20,000 nt of DNA. It comes from an uncultured virus (IMG/VR IMGVR_UViG_3300015610_000291). Lineage: Duplodnaviria > Heunggongvirae > Uroviricota > Caudoviricetes. The notes beneath the pieces are model-generated. The model searched no databases. It saw only the letters and a program-made list of their open reading frames with translations, and was not told the DNA's origin. The stretch lies in IMG/VR virus record IMGVR_UViG_3300015610_000291, positions 60,936 through 80,935 of that record; one strand, written 5' to 3'. Every line of letters begins with the position of its first letter. Within the stretch, counting starts at the first letter, position 1. Positions 13,903-20,000 of the stretch are shown here, piece after piece. The position numbers were made by a program, and so were the translations under genes.

Positions 13903-14499
13903 ATGCTACCTCTTACCAAAGAAGAGATTTCTGAATTAATCAAGCAGAAAGAAGAACGAGATAAAGTCTTTGAGCACGAAGAACAAGAACGTGCTAAAGA
14001 GACAGAAATTATCTATCACAGAATTAAAGATTTGTTCTTAAAATATGTAATTGAAGAAAGTATCCTGAGAGGTTATGTATTGACTGATATTGCATATGAG
14101 ATATGCTTATGGAAAGCAATTGTTGAAACATCAAACTTAGATTTCAACCACAAGTTTTTATTTGGTTGTAATAACGCTAAAGAAATGGCAACGAATCTTA
14201 AAGAAAACAAGAAAGAAACCCTCGCTGCTTTTAAATTTCAACAATCGTATGACCGACACTTACTGGATAAAAACTTAACAAAATTATTGTTGTCAAATGG
14301 ATTTGAGAAGTTAGGGAACTTCGGTTTTAAAACATCTAAAAAAGCCTTACTTGGAGAAAGTAAGATTCCAGAGTACGTAGCACATAAACAAGCAGAAGCT
14401 AATGATATTGTTGTTGATACAAAGACAACAGGTTTGTTAGCTTTTATTGGGTTACTTATCGCAGTTGGTGTTATGTGTTGGTTAAAGAGTATTTACTAA
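13903..14499 (+). CDS. Hypothetical protein with a C-terminal TM anchor
   Basis: Start reassigned to ATG 13903 (SD AGGAG). Hydrophobic C-terminus GLLAFIGLLIAVGVMCWL. Confidence 0.85.
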   Translation: MLPLTKEEISELIKQKEERDKVFEHEEQERAKETEIIYHRIKDLFLKYVIEESILRGYVLTDIAYEICLWKAIVETSNLDFNHKFLFGCNNAKEMATNLKENKKETLAAFKFQQSYDRHLLDKNLTKLLLSNGFEKLGNFGFKTSKKALLGESKIPEYVAHKQAEANDIVVDTKTTGLLAFIGLLIAVGVMCWLKSIY

Positions 14500-14505
14500 T
14501 AAAAC

Positions 14506-14533
14506 AAAGGAGAGCTAAATGCTCTCCTTTTTT
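14506..14533. terminator. Terminator, probably bidirectional, between convergent genes
   Basis: AAAGGAGAGC-TAAAT-GCTCTCCTTT with flanking A and T runs. Confidence 0.85.
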
Positions 14534-14535
14534 AT

Positions 14536-15855
14536 TTACTTAACTAACTCCTCATCATTTGCCTCTAACCATTTAAAATACAAATCCCTCATCTCCTTAC
14601 TAGGCATGATAAGATACATCTTCTCTTTCTTACGGACACTCCCACGAAATATCCATTGAACCATACTACCAATAGCAAAGAGTTCTTTGTCAATAACAAC
14701 ACCTTTAGAATGACAGAAATTCCACAACACTGTGTTAGGGTTCTTACCAATAAGATAGATCAACACACTCTTATTTGAATAGTCATTAGTAGCTCTTGCA
14801 TCTGAGTATAACCAATCAGCACGACTAAAACCTTTCCCTTTAATTAAAGGACGTTTCTTAATCTTACCTTTTTCGGATACATAATCATCGTATTCATTAC
14901 TCAGAACAGAAGACCAATTGGCTTTAGGACACGTTACAAGAATGTTCTCTGTCTTTGCTTTAGTGATGGTAAGACAACTGGTTACAGCTTTCCTAATATT
15001 CTCAACAACACTCTCAACAGCAGAGTTACCCCACCAGAACTGAGAGTATGAGTAGTTCTCAATCTTTCTAAGAGAAGGTGTTACAATTACTTCAATACAG
15101 TCTTTGATATAAGCTTTAACTTCTTCTGTACTTCTATGTAGTTCTGGTTTAACACGAACAACTTCGATGTTATTAATTTTACACCAAGCAGACATGAAGC
15201 TACCTTCAAACAAGTAAGTTAACACCCACACCTCATTAAAAGAAGATAAGATTGATACAGGATACTCCCATACTAACAGTTCCCCATTAACATAGAAGAT
15301 ATGACCAGCATCACTAAGCTTTACTAAATCACCAAACTCCCATTCATCATCTGGATATAAGTCTTTCTCTCTATGATATACAAGTTTCATAGTCTCTTGA
15401 TCTACACTAAACACACCCTGCTCAATAAGTAGTGCTAGAGCTTTCTTACTAATATCTCTGAATTGTTGATAAGCATCTAAGCACTCATCAATTACAAGAA
15501 CATTATCATACTCCTTAATTAAATCAGAACAAGATTTATCTAAGTTAAGAAACAGATTGTGTGTAGCTGCGATGTTCTCTCCTTGATGTAACAACTCAAG
15601 AGAGTGACTACGTTTACTTCCCTTAACAGGTATTGGGTATCTGAAATTCATATCAGGTAATTGCTTCTGAATACGACCACCAAGATACTTGTTTGTCTGA
15701 TTGCACTTAACACCACCAACCTCAGTTAGCAATGGTGATAGATATACAAACTGCTTAAACTTACCAGAGTCATTCCACTCCTTCATCTTGTTCAACATCC
15801 AATGAGATTTACCACTTGACATGATCTCATCAACCAAATATATTTTCAATTGCAC
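14536..15855 (-). CDS. SF2 (DExx) helicase-like / possible origin-binding protein
   Basis: Walker A-like VDEIMSSGKS, YLSPLLTE (motif Ia), ATHNLF, VIDE (motif II), VLTYLF, QWIFRGSVR (motif VI-like). True start may be TTG at 15849 after AGGAGG. Confidence 0.75.
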   Translation of the reverse strand: MQLKIYLVDEIMSSGKSHWMLNKMKEWNDSGKFKQFVYLSPLLTEVGGVKCNQTNKYLGGRIQKQLPDMNFRYPIPVKGSKRSHSLELLHQGENIAATHNLFLNLDKSCSDLIKEYDNVLVIDECLDAYQQFRDISKKALALLIEQGVFSVDQETMKLVYHREKDLYPDDEWEFGDLVKLSDAGHIFYVNGELLVWEYPVSILSSFNEVWVLTYLFEGSFMSAWCKINNIEVVRVKPELHRSTEEVKAYIKDCIEVIVTPSLRKIENYSYSQFWWGNSAVESVVENIRKAVTSCLTITKAKTENILVTCPKANWSSVLSNEYDDYVSEKGKIKKRPLIKGKGFSRADWLYSDARATNDYSNKSVLIYLIGKNPNTVLWNFCHSKGVVIDKELFAIGSMVQWIFRGSVRKKEKMYLIMPSKEMRDLYFKWLEANDEELVK

Positions 15856-16017
15856 CTCCTTGAGAGTATAAATTAAGGTTAAAACACAATCTTGTCAATT
15901 TGAAAAAAAAACTTCCAAGAATTGTTAAAAAAGTGTTGTAACCTATTGAATATAATAGAGAAAAATAAAGGGTTCTTATATACCACTATAATTTAGATAT
16001 ATTTACCCCTAAAGATA

Positions 16018-16046
16018 AGTATAACACTAGAAATTAGATAAAACAA
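16018..16046 (-). promoter_or_regulatory. Putative promoter for the helicase-like gene
   Basis: TTGTTT-17 bp-TATACT with TGn. A second candidate TTGACA-17 bp-TAATTT lies at 15870-15898. Confidence 0.5.
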
Positions 16047-16061
16047 GAGAGATAAGAAAGG

Positions 16062-16576
16062 AAATATCTACTTTTAAGAAAAACACATAAGAATAAATTA
16101 AGATATTGGTGTTTTTATAAAAATCACACCTATATAAAATTTGATAATAGGTATAAATAAGAAAATAAATAATTGTTATAATAAAAATATCTATGTGTAT
16201 ATAATGATATAGATAATACTAATAAAGAAATATCTTAATATGTATGTAACTAAAAATATAATAAATCAATATAATACCTCTCTGTAAGAACACCTAAGCT
16301 CTACAAGAAATATCAATAAAATTCTATCAAAAATATCTACTATATCTATTGTTCTTTCATTGTTATTTTATTGTTATCAATCTATTGTTAAACCCCTATG
16401 GTTGTAAGGTTTCTTAAGAAATTACTAGAATCTCTAAAGTCTAGCTATTTTCTCTTACTTTTACTACTTATAGAAATATCCACTAGGGTACTTCCTAAAT
16501 TCTTAGACTATCTAAAGTGTTGCTTAACAACCCCCAGCACCCCATAAATCTAATCACTTATGATTCCAAAATATCT
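16062..16576 (+). repeat. Seven co-oriented AAATATC motifs in a long AT-rich non-coding region
   Basis: Copies near 16062, 16185, 16228, 16308, 16331, 16474 and 16569. Three extend to AAATATCYACT. Confidence 0.55.
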
Positions 16577-17299
16577 GATAATAAATATTCTAGTCTACTA
16601 GATGAGTAGTCCCTAAGATGTATGTTTCTTAAAGACTACTGTATGTGGTGATACTAATCGTTTAATCCTAAGACTACAACATGTCTACGTACTTCACTTA
16701 AAGCATCGTCATACCCATCTTGATAGTTCCTATCTAATTCTCTCTTAAGTCTAAACATAAGATCATCTATGTAACCTACACTTAGTGTTGTGTCTTGTAG
16801 AAGTGTTCTTTCTAGCTCATCTAAAATGTTCATCTTAACTACTCCTTATATAGTGTTCTTAACTCTTTAAGTATACCAACTATTTCCAGTGTTGTGTCAA
16901 TTAAATACATTCTTTTTATTCATACATAGTGCATCTATTCATAACTAACATATTTACTTGTTGATAGCGTTACATAATCAAGTTGTGTTCATCTAGTAGT
17001 TTACTATAGATACTAGTAACTAAAAGATATCTAAAGATGGATACTTGTTGAATAGTTTACAATTGTTTACTTTATAAGGGTTGAAGGGTCTGAGGTTATG
17101 TTGTTAAGCATTTAATAGCTAATGATATAACTAACAATATAGATAATACCTGCTTATATAGTTATTAATAGGTTATTAAGAGTAATACATATTATTAAGT
17201 TATCTATACTCTATGTACTTACTTGTAGATAATACATAGTTTATACATAGAGTATTGTATCCTTATAATAAGCTTTATATGTGTTATAGGTAATAATAA

Positions 17300-17317
17300 A
17301 GCCCTCAATTGAGGGCT
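17300..17317 (-). terminator. Terminator of the leftward small-gene cluster
   Basis: AGCCCTC-AATT-GAGGGCT perfect hairpin followed on the minus strand by TTATTATT. Confidence 0.75.
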
Positions 17318-17335
17318 ATTGTATTTTAATTAATC

Positions 17336-17413
17336 TTATACCAATTCATCTAAACTATTTGTCAATGATTCAAACAATAGGCTGTGTGCTTGCTGTAGTT
17401 GTTTAATGTTCAT
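17336..17413 (-). CDS. Micro-protein, 25 aa (MNIKQLQQAHSLLFESLTNSLDELV)
   Basis: SD GAGGT, overlaps the upstream gene's end, stops just before the terminator. Confidence 0.5.
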   Translation of the reverse strand: MNIKQLQQAHSLLFESLTNSLDELV

Positions 17414-17639
17414 TACTGCTTACCTCATTAATCATGTTAACAACTTCCACCAATCGTTTACATCCCTCCTCTACAACAAAAGCTAACCTTACTCTGCCGT
17501 TTGCTGCCAATACTTCACTTTGGATTTGTTTAACCACATGATTGATTAAGTCTTGCTGTTCTTTATTCATCTTTATTACACCCTTGTTACGTGCTTTTAA
17601 TTCTACCTTGTCTTGTAAAGCTTGTTCTATTGCTTTCAT
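17403..17639 (-). CDS. Hypothetical protein (78 aa)
   Basis: Start reassigned to MKAIEQ at 17639 (ATGA overlap with the upstream membrane gene). Confidence 0.75.
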   Translation of the reverse strand: MKAIEQALQDKVELKARNKGVIKMNKEQQDLINHVVKQIQSEVLAANGRVRLAFVVEEGCKRLVEVVNMINEVSSNEH

Positions 17640-17773
17640 GTCATAACCCCAACAACTAAAGAGAGTAATACCCCTACAATAAGCCCACGTACTAGCCAAT
17701 CAACATTAGGGAATAGGATGTAAAACAATCCGTTCATGATTAGTGCTGCGATAAAAACAAATACAAATTTCAT
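17636..17773 (-). CDS. Small 2-TM membrane protein, 45 aa
   Basis: MKFVFVFIAALIMNGLFYILFPNVDWLVRGLIVGVLLSLVVGVMT, SD TAAGGA. Not in the ORF track. Confidence 0.75.
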   Translation of the reverse strand: MKFVFVFIAALIMNGLFYILFPNVDWLVRGLIVGVLLSLVVGVMT

Positions 17774-17799
17774 AACTATAAATCCTTATACCAATCCAA

Positions 17800-17985
17800 T
17801 TATACTACTAAATACAAATCAGATAGTTTTGTATTTCTTACTTGTTCAAGATAGCATCTGCATTCATTCACTCTAACAAGCAATGCTTCATCTCTATTTA
17901 GTGCTTTTGCTGCTGATTCTTCCACTTTCTTAACTTTAGTTATTAAAGCTTGTACTTGTCTAAATGATAGTTTATTTGTGTTCAT
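17800..17985 (-). CDS. Hypothetical protein
   Basis: 61-aa ORF, SD TAAGGA. Confidence 0.8.
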   Translation of the reverse strand: MNTNKLSFRQVQALITKVKKVEESAAKALNRDEALLVRVNECRCYLEQVRNTKLSDLYLVV

Positions 17986-17997
17986 ATTGATAATTCC

Positions 17998-18093
17998 TTA
18001 ATTACAATAAATAATAGCTGATAAGATAACAAAACAGAAAACAAAAGTAAAGACAGTTAGCACATCTAATGATTGTTTGATTAGTTGTTTCAT
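17998..18093 (-). CDS. Single-TM micro-protein, 31 aa
   Basis: MKQLIKQSLDVLTVFTFVFCFVILSAIIYCN, weak SD (GGATGAG), fills the gap between genes. Confidence 0.55.
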   Translation of the reverse strand: MKQLIKQSLDVLTVFTFVFCFVILSAIIYCN

Positions 18094-18129
18094 TGATTCT
18101 CATCCAATGATTAGTATTAAACTATTAAA

Positions 18130-18384
18130 TTAATAACATTCGTTACGTGCTTGTAACTCTAATAGTAGTTCTTTATCACTATTGATATAAGTTACTTGTT
18201 CATCATATGGGCTGTTAGTACCATTATCTATGAAATTAAACTTACCGTAAGCTTTATAAATAAGCTCCATTTCAATGTCATAAGGTATGCTGAAATTGTT
18301 TGGGACAATTAGTATGTCATGGACAAGACGAGAGAAACGATAAAAACCGTAGTACTCAGATTCAAATTGGTTAAATTTATTCAT
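18130..18384 (-). CDS. Hypothetical protein
   Basis: 84-aa ORF, SD TAAGGA. Confidence 0.8.
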   Translation of the reverse strand: MNKFNQFESEYYGFYRFSRLVHDILIVPNNFSIPYDIEMELIYKAYGKFNFIDNGTNSPYDEQVTYINSDKELLLELQARNECY

Positions 18385-18406
18385 TTCATAATTCCTTATT
18401 TAATAA

Positions 18407-18634
18407 TTACAGTTTTAAACCTTGTTTAAATGCTAATTCTCTAACATGTGTGCAATATACATGATAAACATTATTTGAATATTGCTGATAATGTTTCAAT
18501 AATGTAAACAAGACATCATCTTTCACGTCTACATGTTCACCTATTGTTTGCCCTTTACCATTCATAACTAAGATAGAATGTTTCAACGGTTGATCTTGTT
18601 TCTTAGGATGCTTATAAGTTCTGATATGTATCAT
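18407..18634 (-). CDS. Hypothetical protein
   Basis: 75-aa ORF, SD AAGGAG. Confidence 0.8.
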   Translation of the reverse strand: MIHIRTYKHPKKQDQPLKHSILVMNGKGQTIGEHVDVKDDVLFTLLKHYQQYSNNVYHVYCTHVRELAFKQGLKL

Positions 18635-18637
18635 TGT

Positions 18638-19048
18638 TTAAGCTCCTTTTGTCCAATATGATAAATGCACTTGATTATCATCAAACAACTCTAAAGAATA
18701 ATCGTATGTGATAGATTCTAGCAAATCAACTAAGCTTTGGTTTAAATCTTCGTCTGAGAATCCGACACCATGTCCTTGTACATCATAATAAATACAATTA
18801 CCAATACGGTCTAAACTCAGTGAATTGGTTAACTCTAACAAGTCGCTTTCAGGGATGCGTTTTAAAATGTCTTGAATTAAAGATTTAATATTCTGAATTG
18901 ATTGTTCAGATAAATCTAATTCCTTGTCAAATAACCCATCTAAATAAAACCCTTCATCATCTCGAAAATCTGCATCTCCACCATCTGCAAAATACATTGC
19001 TTCGATAAAACCTTTTTCAATTTGTTCAATACGTGTATTCATCTTCAT
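18638..19048 (-). CDS. Hypothetical acidic protein (GHGVGF motif)
   Basis: 136-aa ORF. Start may be the second ATG at 19042 given the AAGGGTG spacing. Confidence 0.85.
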   Translation of the reverse strand: MKMNTRIEQIEKGFIEAMYFADGGDADFRDDEGFYLDGLFDKELDLSEQSIQNIKSLIQDILKRIPESDLLELTNSLSLDRIGNCIYYDVQGHGVGFSDEDLNQSLVDLLESITYDYSLELFDDNQVHLSYWTKGA

Positions 19049-19159
19049 TCACCCTTGCAAGATACCTTGCTATCATTGTTTGTACATAAATTTCATTTAG
19101 TGGATAACCTTAATAATAAAGTTATCCTAAAATAAAACTTGTAAAGCTTGTATTTAAAC

Positions 19160-19267
19160 TTATTCAATAAAACGGATATTTTGACCCAGTTTAAAAGCTT
19201 TTTCCATAGCTTCACCAATCGTTTCAGCGTAAATTACTGAATAATCTGTTAATGTAACTTTTAACAT
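19160..19267 (-). CDS. Micro-protein, 35 aa (MLKVTLTDYSVIYAETIGEAMEKAFKLGQNIRFIE)
   Basis: SD AAGGGG directly after the upstream stop. Not in the ORF track. Confidence 0.65.
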   Translation of the reverse strand: MLKVTLTDYSVIYAETIGEAMEKAFKLGQNIRFIE

Positions 19268-19277
19268 AGTATGCCCC

Positions 19278-19643
19278 TTAAATTGCACGCAAAAATTTGT
19301 ATGTTGCGTATTTGTTCCAATCGCTAAAGTCATGATCTACATTGCATAAAGCTTGTAAAAAATCTAAGTCTTGAACGTTTAATTTGTCATTACCTAAATT
19401 CTGTTTAACATACGTATCAGCAGCTTTTTGAATAGCAACACTAAGCTTGTCAAAACCGCATCCTGACACGCTCACTTGTACCATTTCTGAGCCGTATAGA
19501 TGCAAGTATAAGTACAATTTACCCATGCCATCGTTCGGATATTTAGCTGCCATTTTCCCGACATGCTTGCCTTGCTCGTTTACAATTACCCATGCTGATA
19601 CTTTAGCGAAATGCTTATCGTGTTTATCGTATACTGTAGTCAT
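19278..19643 (-). CDS. Hypothetical protein (SGCGFDK motif)
   Basis: 121-aa ORF, SD AAGGA, first gene after the promoter. Confidence 0.85.
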   Translation of the reverse strand: MTTVYDKHDKHFAKVSAWVIVNEQGKHVGKMAAKYPNDGMGKLYLYLHLYGSEMVQVSVSGCGFDKLSVAIQKAADTYVKQNLGNDKLNVQDLDFLQALCNVDHDFSDWNKYATYKFLRAI

Positions 19644-19691
19644 GTTGTATATCCTTTTGTGTTTAAAAGTTTGATTGCTTTCGATGAGTTC

Positions 19692-19720
19692 ATATTATAA
19701 AAATCAGATAACCCTGTCAA
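19692..19720 (-). promoter_or_regulatory. sigma70-type promoter, probably early
   Basis: TTGACA-17 bp-TAATAT with AT-rich upstream sequence. Confidence 0.75.
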
Positions 19721-19889
19721 CAACTAATTTTAAAATAATTCAAATTAATTCTAATAATTTCTATAACTCATTAATTTATATAGAAACATAGTTTAATTAA
19801 TACCGTACTAAATTACTTCATTTCTATATACACATCAAAACCAAGTCAATCATAACGCCATTTTATGTCAACCGATATAGGTAAAGCTT

Positions 19890-20000
19890 TTATCTATTCT
19901 TGCTGTATGGCTTGCATCCACTGGCGACATTTACTAGCTGGATTGCATCCGCTGGAGCTTCTGCTGCGACAACTGCTGAATCAAACAATTTTATATAGAT
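19890..20000 (-). CDS. 3' end of a hypothetical protein entering from the right edge
   Basis: Open frame ...IYIKLFDSAVVAAEAPADAIQLVNVASGCKPYSKNR ending in TAA at 19890-19892. Confidence 0.55.
   Translation of the reverse strand: MYIKLFDSAVVAAEAPADAIQLVNVASGCKPYSKNR

Noticed and set aside
15860..17299. CRISPR array or tandem repeat in the long non-coding region
   Set aside because: Repeats are only 7-11 bp and irregularly spaced, with no repeat-spacer periodicity.
17640..17699. N-terminal extension MASTWAYCRG... of ORF 17403-17699, and an apparent frameshift in the upstream membrane gene
   Set aside because: The region is occupied by an intact 45-aa gene (17636-17773) coupled by ATGA to a start at 17639. 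Rereading showed no frameshift.

Overview
AT-rich segment of a lytic tailed-phage genome (probably a ~90-100 kb myovirus; an Acinetobacter-like host is only a weak inference). Left to right: (i) 1-1411, three minus-strand genes that look virion-associated. (ii) ~1459-3603, a ~2.1 kb minus-strand stretch that is almost entirely non-coding RNA, read from a sigma70 promoter at 3610-3638. In transcript order it holds a ~170-nt RNA rich in anti-Shine-Dalgarno CUCCU motifs, a D-arm-less tRNA-like RNA with an Arg(UCU) anticodon loop, a 7-codon minigene, tandem tRNA-Ser(UGA) and tRNA-Ser(GCU), a ~460-nt element with several predicted pseudoknots, one small Cys4 zinc-finger gene and a type I hammerhead ribozyme inside a structured leader. 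(iii) A divergent AT-rich promoter region. (iv) 4328-14499, a dense plus-strand accessory cluster: PhoH, ClpP-like protease, intein-interrupted metallophosphoesterase, dCMP deaminase and many hypothetical or membrane proteins. (v) A minus-strand SF2 helicase-like gene next to a ~1.4 kb non-coding region with repeated AAATATC motifs (origin or terminus candidate). (vi) A minus-strand cluster of small, probably early genes. The RNA island is the main candidate for a novel system. All RNA structures were derived by hand from complementarity and need computational or experimental confirmation.
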